Below, piece after piece: positions 1-14,048 of a stretch of 64,000 nt of DNA. The stretch is from Octopus vulgaris (Eukaryota). Each line of letters begins with the position of its first letter. Position 1 is the first letter of the stretch. The translations under genes were made by a program, and so were the position numbers. The stretch covers positions 73,284,001 to 73,348,000 of the forward strand of contig OX597828.1 in assembly GCA_951406725.2 (NCBI GenBank), in the 5' to 3' direction. Below the pieces are notes generated by a model that was not told the origin of the DNA, did not search any database, and worked only from the letters and a program-made list of their open reading frames with translations.

Positions 1-49
1 GAAGGGAAGAAATGGAGCTGAACGAAGATTCTACAAAATTCCTTTTATT

Positions 50-135
50 ATTTTCTACACATGTTTCAAAGGCTGCAAATTTCCAAATTCGGATTGAATA
101 AGGAGACCATTTTGCAGCCTTCTCTTCAGGAAAAT
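50..135 (-). ncRNA. Type I hammerhead ribozyme motif, canonical core (Penelope-like)
   Basis: Minus strand reads ATTTTC-CTGAAGA-G-AAGGCTGCAAA...TTTGCAGCCTT-T-GAAAC-ATGT-GTA-GAAAAT. It has a 6-bp stem I, a CUGANGA core, an 11-bp perfect stem II closed by G-U, GAAA, a palindromic ACATGT stem III and a GUA cleavage triplet. Confidence 0.8.
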
Positions 136-268
136 CCAGGAATTTAAATCTCCAAAACCAATGCGCAGCAAGCTATTCGAACGAAACGCTCCCTAGGAGC
201 CCATGGTATGGCACCTGAACCAAATATTGCTGGTCTCTTACAGGATTGTAAAGCTACATCCGGGGCCT

Positions 269-302
269 TTAAGAGAACACTCGATTTCGAGTGTTCTCTT
301 AA
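269..302. repeat. Perfect 16-bp inverted repeat with a 2-nt spacer
   Basis: TTAAGAGAACACTCGA-TT-TCGAGTGTTCTCTTAA. Confidence 0.9.
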
Positions 303-354
303 TGATGAAGCGATCATGTATGCATGTATGTGTACATGTGTGTATTTGTGTGTC

Positions 355-420
<66 letters not shown>

Positions 421-484
421 TATATATTTATGCGTCTATATATACATTCACACACACACACATACACACACATATATATATATA

Positions 485-588
485 CGACGGGCTTCTTTAA
501 GTTTCCGCGTAGTAGATCCACTCCTAAGGCTTTGGTTGGCTCGTGGCTATAGTAAGGGACACTTGCAGAAGGTGCCACGCAGTGGGAG
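485..588 (-). mobile_element. SINE family A fragment (tRNA head/central domain)
   Basis: Reverse complement matches the ...CCCACTGCGTGGCACC...AAGTGTC...GGAAACT...GAAGCCCGTCGTA part of the full copy at 43281-43686. Confidence 0.8.
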
Positions 589-1087
589 TATTGTTGGGGA
601 AGGAGTTTCCTTTGAAAGAATTGGTATATATTGAGCATATAGTTCATATCCAGTTAAATTAAGAAAAGAAAACGGAGAGTTGAAAAGTAACAATTATTTA
701 TCATTAACAATTAGGTAATGTTCACTCCTTACAGCCGTTTCCATTAGTACTCAATAATTAAATTACAAATGTTATGAGCATAGTTTCATCCTTAAGATGT
801 TATATGTCGACCTATCAGTTCATAGCAGCAGACTAAATATGATTTATTGTTTTGTTATTATTGTGCGAGGGGTAAGGGGTTGATAAGAATATAATGATGA
901 ATATAGTAAAATAAAGAAAAATAGAAAAGTAAAAATAGAACTAAACGATAATATAACTAAAAATATACAGTGTGTTAAAAGAATTGAAATATTCATTTAT
1001 GACCTATAAATAAAGAGTATAAAGCACACACATGTATGTGTGTGTGTATATATATATATATCGAATTAGATATATATATATATAGAT

Positions 1088-1234
1088 GTGGTAAGTAGCT
1101 TGCTTACCAACTATATGGCTCCGGATTCAGTCCTACTGCGTGACATCTTGGGCAAGTGTCTCCTACTATAACCTCAGTCTGACCAAAGCCTTGTGAGTGA
1201 ATTTGGTAGACGGAAACTGAAAGAAGCCCATCGT
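1088..1234 (+). mobile_element. SINE family A, 5' half
   Basis: TGTGGTAAGTAGCTTGCTTACCAAC...CTTGGGCAAGTGTC...GCCTTGTGAGTGAATTTGGTAGACGGAAACTGAAAGAAGCCC, shared with 22663, 48981, 58081 and 63300. Confidence 0.85.
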
Positions 1235-1306
1235 ATATATATATACATATTTCGTTTTTCTTGTTTCAGCTCAGAGCTGCGGCCATGCTGATGCACCGCC
1301 GTTGTA

Positions 1307-1338
<32 letters not shown>

Positions 1339-2170
1339 CATAGAGAGAGAGAGAGAGAGAGACATATGTGTGTGTGTTTGTGTGTGTATCTGTATGTGTG
1401 TATATAGACAGAGAGAGCGAGAGAGAGAGAGAGACCACGAGGCAGTGAGTGGACGGTGGTTTGGCTTCTACTTCTGATGTGGTTGAGGTCTCATGGATGT
1501 TTCCGGAATCGATTTGGGTGGCTCCCGTCATCAAAAATATCAAACCCCTTTATAGAATTGCCGAGATGCAGTTTTATGCAGTTAAGTACTACGTAAAACT
1601 GCATCTCGGCACTCAAGGACTGCATCAAGTATTTCTTGTGACGTAGTATTTTTCTCCATTGTTCTCTGTATTTACTTATCTTTATGGACTACTTATACCA
1701 CATAGTATAATTAAAAAGATGTTTTGGAACACGTGGTTACGTTTAGTTAGAGCACAAATTGATTAACAGCTACAACATAACATTGTAACTTTAAGAGAAC
1801 TAACAAATAATAAATGTAATAAATATTTCATTGGTCGTCGGGAAGAGATAAAAAAAAAGTTTGTAAGATTCCCATCAATCAACATATGTGCTGGACATGG
1901 TGTGCCTGATCTTTAGCAGCCGAAAGCCACTACTCTTTCTTAAACAAATTATAATGTCTTTAGAGATTTAGATAAGTTCGTCTTACAGAAGTAAATGTCG
2001 TGTTTGAATATATAATGCGACTTCATCTCTACACATGGGACTATGTAGCTCTGTTTGCCCTCGGTTCCTTCTGCTATTGAGATTACTACTTGGAGATGAT
2101 AAATGGAATCTTTTTATCAGTATCACCGGATACGACACCTTTTCTCTTCACATATATCTTGATAGTTTAT

Positions 2171-2366
2171 CTTTCATTTGTTTCAGTCATAGGAGAGCGG
2201 CCATGCAGGAGCACCGCCTTCAAGATTTTTTAGTTGAATTAATCGATCACTTTCCTTATTTTTTGAAGCCGGGTTTATATTTTGTTGGTCTCTTTTGTCG
2301 AATTGCTATGTTACAGAGACGTAAAAGCACCAGCAGAGGTTGTTAGGCGGTGGTGAGGAATAACAC
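2171..2366 (-). mobile_element. SINE family A, 3' half (diverged)
   Basis: TTGTTTCAGTCA...GCGGCCATGCAGGAGCACCGCC matches the family A tail. Confidence 0.75.
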
Positions 2367-2416
2367 AATAACGCACACACAGACTTTCTCTCACTCTCTC
2401 TCTCTCTCGCTCTCTC

Positions 2417-2452
<36 letters not shown>

Positions 2453-2594
2453 GTATATATATACATACTGGCGCAGCTTCTGAATCGGTACTACGCACAC
2501 GCACACGCCCACATACATACAATTCCCACACATATACATACACACACATCACACACGTACATGCATACACATATCATCTATTTTTATATGCCTA

Positions 2595-2704
<110 letters not shown>

Positions 2705-2752
2705 AGTGAGGAAAGACAGACAGAAAGATAAAGAGGGAGAAAGAGATAGTTG

Positions 2753-2825
<73 letters not shown>

Positions 2826-3089
2826 TTAATAGATAGAAGATAGATAGATAGACAGATACCAAAATGGCCAATGTTTTAGAAATGTAGTTTGGGCACAAAT
2901 TAGTTTTGAAACTGGAAAGAAAAAAAAGGAGAAACAATGTTATCAGACGTGAGTCTTGGGAAGGGCAAATATCCAAGAGGCCATTCCAATATTGGAAGTA
3001 AATATCAGATAATTACTACTGCCCTATTGCAATCTATAAATTAAAAATTTAACATATATTTACATTAACGCATACATACCTACACACCG

Positions 3090-3176
<87 letters not shown>

Positions 3177-3883
3177 TACATATATATATAAATATATAGA
3201 TATGTATGTGTGTGTATGTATATATGTATATATATGTATATGTATGTATATATAAATACATGCGTTTGCGTGCTTGTGTGTGTGTGTGTGCGTGTGTAAG
3301 CCCGAATGGTCAAAGTCTTTGTTTGAAGGCGATTTACCAGTGAGTCACTAACTTATGTGCTGTACTAACAAGCTAAAGTTTGTCTTCATTAACCATACCG
3401 TAGGTTTCGTTTTCTTTCTTTTTCGATCTAATCCCATGAATCTATTCGCGCGGGCAGGGAAACGGAGAAAAAGGAAAAAGGAAAAAAACTTCCTCCTCCT
3501 TCATCCAGAAAATAAAATGTCGTTTCATCCCAAATTTCCATTCCGTTTCCTTCGATGCTTCAGCCTTGTATTCTACAGACCTTACCAATTTGCCGGTTTC
3601 TATTTATTTTAACATTTTACAGTTTTACATTTGTCTCTCTTGCTTCCTTCCATCTCCCTCTCACTCTCTCAGTATATCTTCACTCTCTTTCTGCTCCGAT
3701 CTTTCTTCTTTTCCCTCTCTCTCTCCATCCTTATCCATCGTTTATCCTTGCATGTTTCAAGAACTGGTCGACCGTGGTTGTGGAGTTAATGAAGTTGATC
3801 TTTACTCTTTTCTCTCTCTCCCTCTCTCTCTACTTTCTTTCTTTCCTTCTCTCCGTCTCACCCCACCCTTTCTTCCTGTCTGT

Positions 3884-3963
<80 letters not shown>

Positions 3964-3974
3964 GCATATATATA

Positions 3975-4022
<48 letters not shown>

Positions 4023-4084
4023 TATATATATGCATGTGTATATATGTATATATATATGTGTATATATATATATATATATGTGTG

Positions 4085-4130
<46 letters not shown>

Positions 4131-5166
4131 TATTTCATCTTCCCTGTCGCGCTTTTGTAATTTCTCCACAACTAATTGAACTTATTGGCTGAACATCCTT
4201 GACGATATCACCACGCCCGCTACAACAGTTACAACAATAACAACAGCAACAATAATGATGACGATGATGATGATGATGGTGATGATAATAGCGTTGATAA
4301 TAATGGTGATGATGGTAATGGTGATGGTGATGGTGGTGATGATGATAGTGACTATGATGTTTGGAGGAGGTGAAAACAAACAAACAAAGGATTTCTGTCT
4401 CTAATGACAGGTAAAAACTGTAATGATGAAAATCCCTTTTCTTTACCTTTCAATCATCGGGGTTATTGAAGTGATAAAGGGATTGGCGTAGCTGTTGGGG
4501 GTGGGGGCGGCGGCGGCAGTAACGGTTGTCGTGTTCGTTGTGGAGGTACGGCTATTGCTTGTGGTGACGTCAATGCTGACGGTGGTGGTGGAGGTGGTGG
4601 TGGTAGTATTAATGATGATGTCGATGGTCGTTGCGTTGGTGCTAATGATGGAGGTGCTGTGGGTGGTGGATCGTACTGGCGGGGGGGCGGAGGGGGAAGA
4701 GTAGGTTGATGGTGTTGGCAGTGAAGGCGGTGGTGGTGTGAAGTTGGTGGGCAGCGGTCACAGTGCATGTAGTATTGATTGTGATAATAGTGTTTGCAGC
4801 GGCGGCGGCGGCGGCGGTGGTGGTGGTGGTGGTGGTGGTGGTGGCGGTGGTGGTGTTGATAGTTATGGTGATGGTGGTGATGGTGGTGGTGGTGGTGGTG
4901 GTGGTAGTGGTGGTGTTGATAGTTATGGTGATGGTGGTGGTGTGTGTGTGGGGCGGGGTCAAAATGACAAAAAAGAAACCATTTCAAGCCAAAAATAACT
5001 CGGAGAAAATATAAAAGTTTCCAATGAAAGAAACTTTGTATGGAATCGAGACGTGGAATGGAAGGTAATCGTTTGAAGAAGTGTGTGTGTGTGTGTGTGT
5101 GAAACAGTGATGGGTCACATAGACTGGCACACACACATACACACACACACACACATACATACATAC

Positions 5167-5225
<59 letters not shown>

Positions 5226-5505
5226 TATATATACATATATATATATATTTATATATTTATATATTTATATATTTATATATTTATACTTGTATGTGCGTGT
5301 ATGTTTTTGATTGAGTATAAATGTGCCTGTGTCTAATTGCGTATTGCGAAGCATAAGTATATATTTATGTAAACGTTTGCATGTGTCTGCACACACAACT
5401 GTGTCTTTAACTGTGGGCGAGAGAGAGGGTAGTTAGAAAGAGAGAGGAGGAGAGGAAGAGAAGGAGAGAGAGTGCGTGGGAGAGAGATACCAATAGCTAA
5501 ATAGT

Positions 5506-5801
<296 letters not shown>

Positions 5802-6162
5802 CTACGCGTTTCCCCCCATATTGACAGAAATGAGTTGAGATGTCGAAACTTGAAAATAACTGTGAAACAAATATAAAACCTAAACGCAACACAAACGATA
5901 ACAACTGCAAGAACATCAACAACGAAATAACAAACTATAATTATGTTCACCGGATTGTATAAATATCGAAAAGGTCACACCTTCTGATCACGAAGGATTT
6001 GGAACCGCGTTGGGGTCGATGCTGTTTTTCCTGTATTTTTCAATGTGATTTTTTCATTAGGAAAATGCTACGTCCATCATTCATCATTATAAGACAACAC
6101 CTACTATCAATAACCACGCCATTCATCACCTAATAATAATTATAATAAAAATAATAATGACG

Positions 6163-6203
<41 letters not shown>

Positions 6204-6265
6204 TAGAAGTAGTAGTAGTTATAGTGATTGTGGTGGTGGTAGTGGTGGCGGCGGTGGTAGCAGTT

Positions 6266-6340
6266 GTGGTTTGCGTGGGTTGTGGGTGGTTTGCGTGGGT
6301 TGTGGGTGGTTTGCGTGGGTTATGGGTGGTTTGTGTGGTT
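6266..6340. repeat. 20-bp G-rich minisatellite, about 3.5 units
   Basis: Unit GTGGTTTGCGTGGGTTGTGG. Confidence 0.85.
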
Positions 6341-6384
6341 GGGTTAGGGTATTATTATTATTATTATTATTATTATTTTTAGTT

Positions 6385-6440
<56 letters not shown>

Positions 6441-7281
6441 GGTGGTAGTAACGATGATGATAAATAATACGACCTTCATAAACCGTTAAATGCTAATACT
6501 ACTAATAAAGCTGAGTAATACATCTATCATATACCATTAGAAACACAACGGCAAATTGACATTCTGCCGTTACTTGTTCGTTTAAGGCAAACCTATTCAC
6601 ACGATCCATGATATAACATGGGATTTTTTTGTAATCTTTCGTTAATTTGTGCGCGTTAGATTGGCTACAGTGGCTTTCAAGCTAGTTTCTCAACAAAGGA
6701 AAACAGTACTCAATACATTATGTCAGGTATAGTTGTATGTGTAAACAGACCTCCCTTCCGTCGTGCTTCAAGTTTCATGCCACATCAATCTTCAGGCGAG
6801 AACGATGATTGCAAATTGAAGATAAATGTATAAATCTCAGTAAATGAATAATGATTGATTACCCGTCTTTTTCGACGCTGATTATGCAACTATTCATTTA
6901 CTAAAATACCACACGAGTAAATTAAATTTATCTTACTTATGCGTCAATGTTTCAAATCAGCAGATTGTTTATATACTATTTCTATACACTTCAGGGTAGC
7001 GATTTCCGATGTGACACAAGTACAGTATATGACATTCAGAAGCTGCAACACAGTGACATCGGTGTCTGACACTCACTTGATCATCCCTGGTGCGATTTCA
7101 CTTCGGCTACTTCTGAAGTAAACTAGGATTTTGAACATTACAGGCCTTTAAGACAATGTTTCCCAGAGAAAGCAAATGCAGTTTCTGGCGATTACACAAT
7201 ACACCCACATTAAGTATCTGGTGTTGATAAGGCTTACATTACAGAGCTGATTCGATTGCATAATTCGAATATATATGTAAA

Positions 7282-7690
7282 GGGCGGCGAGCTGGCAGAA
7301 ACTTTAGCACGCCGGGCGAAATGCGTAGCCGTTACGTTAATGTTCTGAGTTCAAATTCCGCCGAGGTCGACTTTGCCTTTCATCCTTTCGGGATCTATAA
7401 AATAAATACCAGTTACGCACTGGGGTCGATGTAATCGACTTAATCAGTCTGTCTGTCCTTGTTTGTCCTCTCTGTGTTTAGCCCCTTGTGGGTAGTAAAG
7501 AAATAAGTATTTCATCTGCCGCTAAGTTCTGAGTTCAAATTCCGCCGAGGTCGACTTTGCCTTCCATCCTTTCGGGATCGATTAAATAAGTACTAGTTAC
7601 GCACTGAGGTTGATGTAACCGACTTCATCCCTTTGTCTGTTCTTATTTGTCCCCTCTATGTTTAGCCCCTCTGTGGGCAATAAAGAAATA
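7282..7690 (+). mobile_element. SINE family B (Nin/Deu-like domain), two tandem units
   Basis: GGCGGCGAGCTGGCAGAAAC head; GAGTTCAAATTCC B-box-like; GAGGTCGACTTTGCCTTTCATCCTTTCGGG central domain; tail TAGCCCCTTGTGGG..AAAGAAATA. The second unit lacks the head. Confidence 0.85.
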
Positions 7691-8123
7691 TATATACAAG
7701 TATATGTATACATGACATAAACACAAACACACCGAGAATATATTGAAGGAAAGTCTAATGTTGAGATAAAGTGAGGAAACAATAAACTTTTTAGTAAGAG
7801 TTAAATTTCAACTTAACATTTAGAACATTAAGGAAACAAATGTAAATTAAGATAATGAGTAACCCGCCCATTCCCTCCTCTTTCTCCAACCTCTTGCCCA
7901 TCTCCTTCTCTCCCTCGCCATTTCCCTATTTTGGTAATGGCCGACTTTTGTATCTTCCAGTAAAATCAGTCAAGAATACTGAGGAAGAAATGAGATCCAC
8001 ACGAAGACAATGTTTGGACGAATAGAGGGAATGGTTAGTTATATTGGCATTCAAAGGAATACAAAGAATACAACGATGAGAAAGACAATAACAACAACAA
8101 CAACGATAACAACAACAATAATA

Positions 8124-8182
<59 letters not shown>

Positions 8183-9589
8183 TGCCTCAAATATAAGAAA
8201 CAAAATCCAGGGTTATAAACAGTGTGCAATTAGTATTTCCTTATTTGAACTTGTCGTTTGTCTACATCATGTAGGTTTAATTGATCGATCACTTTCATGC
8301 GAATGTATATATGCATCTATACATGTGTATGTGTGTGTGTGTATATATATATATATCTGTATTTATGTATGTTTATGCGTGCACATTTGTAAGCAACTGC
8401 GTATTTACATAGTGATATACGTATGTATGATATTTATATATATATATATATTTTCATGTGTGTTTGTGTGTGTGTTTGTTTGTGTGTGGATGTGTGTGAG
8501 TACGTGTGTGTGTATGTGTGTATGTATATATATATCTGTATTTATGTATGTTTATGCACGCACATTTGTAAGCACGTGCGTATTTACATATCGATATACG
8601 TATGTATTATATTTATATATATATATATATATATTCATGTGTGTGTGTGCATGCGTTTGTGTGTGCATGTGTATGTGTGCGTGTGCGTGTATGTGTGTAT
8701 GTATGTGTGTATGTGTGTGTGTGTACATATAAATGAATGCATGTGTGTACTTATGTGTGAATCGGTATGACTGTTCAGTAAGGTAAGGTGGTTCGAATTT
8801 ACCGTCACATATCTTCCAAGCTGACGTAATTGGCTTCAGCACTACTTCCCCCTCTCCGCACCCCTCATTCTGCACCCCCTCCTCCACTGTCCAACCTCCT
8901 CCTCCTGCCTTTACTAATACTACTACCAACACTACTCCGCTCCTTCCATACTCCAGCACAACCCCCATCGCCGTCACTCTTCTCGGTGCAACATAACTGT
9001 CACCATTACACGCCTTCCTCACAGTTTACTCCTTAAGTTGCTCTTTAAAGATATCTTAATTTTTTCTTTCTTTTTTGCAATCTATTAAAATTTATTTCGT
9101 CCGTAAATTTATTTTATCTAAAATATCAAATAAAAAAGAAACTTTCAAGAAATCGCAAAATAAATTTAATGGAACAACCGATATTTTCCGAAGAATATTT
9201 CATTTCTCGTCATATTTTTTTTCCGATTTACTATTTTAATTGAATTGTTCTCATTTTTAAAAAAATCATATTTTTTTCCTTCATTAATGACAAAGGCATT
9301 TAACCACTTAAGTACACAGCTAGAATATTCTCATATTTCGCTCTATGTGGTGCAATAATTTCATATAAAAAATATTCTTTATTACTGAGAGAAAAATCTT
9401 GATATTGATACGAAAAATGAAGTCTATTTTCTCTTTTTCTTATTTCATTTCTTTCCATATGTCATGCTTCTTGTATAATTTAAATAACAGACAATGTAAG
9501 ACCTATATAGCTGCACGATAAAGGTTTAAAACCTACACGCTTATTTGTATACACACAAACACACACACACACACACACGTATATGTGTG

Positions 9590-9621
<32 letters not shown>

Positions 9622-9932
9622 GTTCTGTTTGTTCCTTCTCAAGCCACGCCTGGCTCATGAGAGCAGGTTTCCCGGTTTCCCGGTTTCCTTGGCGTATAGG
9701 TTCCCCTCCTGGACAGGACGCCGGTCCGTCGCAGGTGAGCTGCAAGATGCAGGAGGAAATTTTAAGAGAAAGTTGTGGCGAAAGAGTCAGCAGAAGTTCG
9801 CCATTACCTACTGCTGAAGCCGTGTTCAGCTTAGATATTTCGCTCATAAACACACATATCGCCCTGTTTGAGATTCGAACCTGCGATCGCTCGACCGCGA
9901 GTCCGCTGCTCTAACCACTAGGCCATGTGCCC
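9622..9932 (-). mobile_element. SINE family C (tRNA-Arg-like head) with V-domain-like 3' region
   Basis: Minus strand has A box TGGCCTAGTGG, GGACTCGCGG loop, B box GGTTCGAATC, and 3' CCTGCGACGGACCGGCGTCCTGTCCAGG. Confidence 0.8.
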
Positions 9933-9936
9933 CATA

Positions 9937-10145
9937 TCAGACGCCATGATAGATCGTTAGCCACTACACACATTTTTTCTCTCCTTGTTTCTCTCCTTGT
10001 TTTTTTTCTGTGTCCCTTTCTGTGGAAGAGCGTAGGCTCAAAACGTAAAAGACTTTTTCTATTCCTCAGCGTTATACTAATACATTTGTTTGTTTTGTAC
10101 ACCACCTGTCTTCGTCTTTTGTTTTTTTTTCGTATACTTTCCCTA
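9937..10145 (+). mobile_element. About 200-bp hammerhead-bearing repeat, family H1 (probable solo Penelope-like terminal repeat); degenerate core
   Basis: Highly similar to 23455-23690 and 41983-42177. Motif at 10016-10051 is CTTT-CTGTGGA-A-GAGC-GTAG-GCTC-AAAA-CGTA-AAAG, with G12 lost. Ends in TATAT. Confidence 0.7.
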
Positions 10146-10169
10146 TATATTTTGTTTTGTTTTGTTTTT

Positions 10170-10382
10170 GTTTTTCCAGTTTCAGCTCTTGAGCTGTGGC
10201 CATGCTGGGGCACCGCCATTGTGGTGAAAGAGTACAGCAGGGATCACCACCCCCTGCCGGAGCCTCGTAGAGCTTTTAGGTGTTTTCGCTCAATAAACAC
10301 ACACAACGCCCGGTCTGAGAATCGAAACCGCGATCCTGCGACCGCGAGTCCGCTGCCCTAACCACTAGGCCATTGCGCCTCT
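10170..10382 (-). mobile_element. Chimeric SINE: family C head/body plus family A tail
   Basis: Minus strand GAGGCGCAATGGCCTAGTGGTTAGGGCAGCGGACTCGCGG...CTCTTTCACCAC joined to GGCGGTGCCCCAGCATGGCCACAGCTCAAGAGCTGAAAC. Confidence 0.8.
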
Positions 10383-10462
10383 ACATATATATATCTACCT
10401 ACACAGACACACACACACACATTTAGACATACATGCATATATTCATATATGCATACATTTAC

Positions 10463-10551
<89 letters not shown>

Positions 10552-10559
10552 AAGGGAGA

Positions 10560-10997
<438 letters not shown>

Positions 10998-11870
10998 ATG
11001 TATATATATATAAATACGTAAATTTGTAGTGGAATATATAGATACATATAATCGTGTGGCTATCACAGAACTTTCCTCTACCATACTTGGTTAGGTGGTC
11101 ATGCAAAAATCTAGGCACCTTAAATACAACCAAAGAGTTTCCACCTATAGCCGTTCACTCTTCTATACTCACTCCCAGCTTAATTCATATAAAGAATGCG
11201 AGTTATATCTATGGGTTAGCCTTAAGAGTTAAGATCTCTTCCAGAAAATCCGTATCTTATCCCCACAAACGCCTGTTTTTTTTTATGTAAACTAAAACAG
11301 AATTCTCTCGACAGATATATAAGGGAAAACGTACTGATTTGAAAGTCAGACATTTGTTTAATGTAGACCCGCTTCCTATCCACTCGGCCGAGTTAACGCT
11401 ACACTAATAGATACGAAGTCTTATTAACACATGTACACACACGCGTGTACGCACACACACGCGTGTACGCACACACACACACATATACACAGGCACATTC
11501 ACACAAACACATATATATAAGTATATATAGTAACATATGTATGTGCATAGATATACACACTTACATGGTGATTTTAAACCTGTTGTTTTAATCCCTTCCT
11601 TTTCACCAGTCTTTTCATAGTTTCGTCTTCTTTGTCTATTCGTTTAGCACTCCTCCCTCTCCTTCTCCTATTCCTCCTCCTCCTCCTTTCTAGTGTTTCA
11701 TTCTTTGCTTTATTTGTTTCTTAATAGAATCCCGAACGATTCGCCGACGTCCATTTTATTGTTTCATTGACCTCCTCTGACATTTTGCTTTATAGCTTGC
11801 TTGACCAATTATTTCGATTTCTCTTTCATTCACTCACTCTATCGCGCTCTCTCTCATCTATCTATCTGTC

Positions 11871-11907
<37 letters not shown>

Positions 11908-12097
11908 ATATATATATATATATATATCTACTTATTTATCTATCTCTACAAAGCCTTATTGAAATGATCCGTATAGAAAGGAGTGATCAGAGATAATATT
12001 CCATATCATCTCTTGTACAAAGGTGTCAATTATTTATGACAAAGATGAAACAACATTGGTCATAAATGGCACCACCTCCCTTATCAAAGAACAGCAG

Positions 12098-12167
<70 letters not shown>

Positions 12168-12700
12168 CTGTATCCGCATGTGTCTGTGTGTCCGTATGTC
12201 TTTTAGTGTGTGTATCTGTGCGTATACTGTAACCTATAAAACATATTTTTCATTAATCGTAGGAAATGGTTAGTTTTTGTGCATAAACGTACGTAAGAAT
12301 GTGTATGTATTTGTGTGTGTGTATGCGCGTGTGTGAGAGTATATAACATACATACATATATACATACATATACATATATATATATATATATATACATACA
12401 TACATATATATATATACGTATATATATATACACATATTCATACATGCCTGTATATGCATTCATGCACACACACACACTTATATGTAAATACATACACATA
12501 CAAACGATTATATATTCGTATATCTCTTTGTATATTTGTGCGTATGAATGCATGTATCCTTGTATGCATGTCGTGTTCAATTCCTAGTGGTTCGGCTCAT
12601 CTTTTTTCAGTCAACTGTTTATGCTTAGTCGCTTTAAATGGACCATATATTATTATATAAATATTATATTAATTATAGTTCTAATATATATATATATATA

Positions 12701-12993
12701 TATAATTTATAAGATAAGGGCAAAAGAAGAATGGAAGAGGGGAACATTTCTTGTGAATTAACCCCGAAATTGGACCAATACGGTAATAACGAATTTTTTA
12801 GAGATTTCTATCGGTTTGTTTCGAGACGCATGAATTTAATGGTTATCGACAATTTTTTGTTTCGGCGTATCTGGCATTAGAATTTTCTTTTGCCCTTATC
12901 TTATAAATTATATATAAATTTTACCTTTAAAGGCATTTCTTGATATGCTGGCCATTGATAAAAATTTTTTGTCGAAAAAAATTTTATCCTATA

Positions 12994-12995
<2 letters not shown>
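12701..12995. mobile_element. Fold-back repeat family P, copy 1 (inverted arms plus shared tail) in (TA)n
   Basis: Perfect 28-bp arms at 12701-12728 and 12885-12912. Spacer GAATTTTTTAGAGATTTCT and tail ACCTTTAAAGG..ATATGCTGG..ATTGATA are shared with 45142-45505. Confidence 0.7.
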
Positions 12996-13049
<54 letters not shown>

Positions 13050-13051
<2 letters not shown>

Positions 13052-13470
13052 TTTGATACTTTGATAGGTTTCGGTCATATCTAACTTAATAGCACCACCT
13101 AGCAAAGTCATTCATATCAGGAATCGGACAACATAGCCCACTCGAGGAGAGAGCTATTGTTTATGGAAACATATCCGGGTGTAGTAAGTATATCCGGGAA
13201 TTATTGAAGGAATTTGTACAAAAATTTCTAGAACTTTATGGGGTCTGTTTTTACTTTAATGTGTTTTGGCGTAATGTTAAAGAGAGCCGGGCGAATTGAG
13301 GTGAAATGATTGCGCCGTATTGTTGTCATCCGATACGAGTATCATTTATGTTGTGGGGTCTAAGTCTTCGGTGGATCTTAAAGGCGATACCAACATAATT
13401 TGAGCAATGTTGATGGAATATTTTCCGCATCATGCAGATGATGTTGGTCTCACGGAGGCATTGGAGAGAA
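13050..13470 (-). mobile_element. 3' end of a CR1-group LINE (decayed ORF2 C-terminus, 3' UTR and tandem tail)
   Basis: Minus frames SLQCLRETNIICMMRKIFHQHCSNYVGIAFKIHRRL and RRNHFTSIRPALFNITPKHIK..DPIKF*KFLYKFLQ*FPDILTTPGYVSINNSSLLEW. Ends in (ATCAAAGT)2. Confidence 0.75.
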
Positions 13471-13668
13471 TACATGTATTTACATATGTGAGTTTACATA
13501 ATTTGTTTTTGAATTTGTAAATATATCAATGAATGTATACAGACGTATGTGTATACATACCTACACTCACATACACATATATATACATATACTTAAACAT
13601 ATATGTATATACTGTCATACATAAAAAACACATGCATACATACATACATACATATATATATATATATA

Positions 13669-14048
13669 CACTACCGTCAGAAATTAATTAGCACCCTTGA
13701 TTTGCTCTTCACTCAAGGTATGTGCTATCACCTAGTGGCCATATCTCGAACTATTGCTTTGTTGCGAGTTCACTGTTGCGCAGAACGATGACGTAACTTT
13801 GTTTGCAGAGCAGTTTGAGAGTCTACAGCCTTATGATGTTGACATAGCAGTGCAACAACAACTTGGAGTGCGGATGCAGACAAATCTTCCTTTGTTTAAT
13901 AGATATAGGTAGCGCCTCGCAAGGACCGAAATCACACCATACTAAGTTTTCTCATCGCGTAAGACGTTTTGAACAGCTCATAGGTTAATTGATTTAACCT
14001 ATTTAATGTAGAAATTTGAGAAGTGCTAATTATTTTCTGACGCAAGTG
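13669..14048. mobile_element. Non-autonomous Tc1/mariner-type MITE
   Basis: TIRs CACTACCGTCAGAAATTAATTAGCAC / GTGCTAATTATTTTCTGACGCAAGTG, flanked by TA on both sides. Confidence 0.8.

Noticed and set aside
726-745. Hammerhead 3' halves (GAAACGGCTGTA here; GAAACCGGTT at about 51370), minus strand
   Set aside because: No matching CUGANGA/stem I half was found nearby.
6340-6350. Telomeric TTAGGG seed (also 21695)
   Set aside because: Single hexamers only.
6765-6797. Hammerhead on the minus strand (CTGAAGA...GAAAC)
   Set aside because: No proper stem II closure, no stem III/UH triplet and no stem I.
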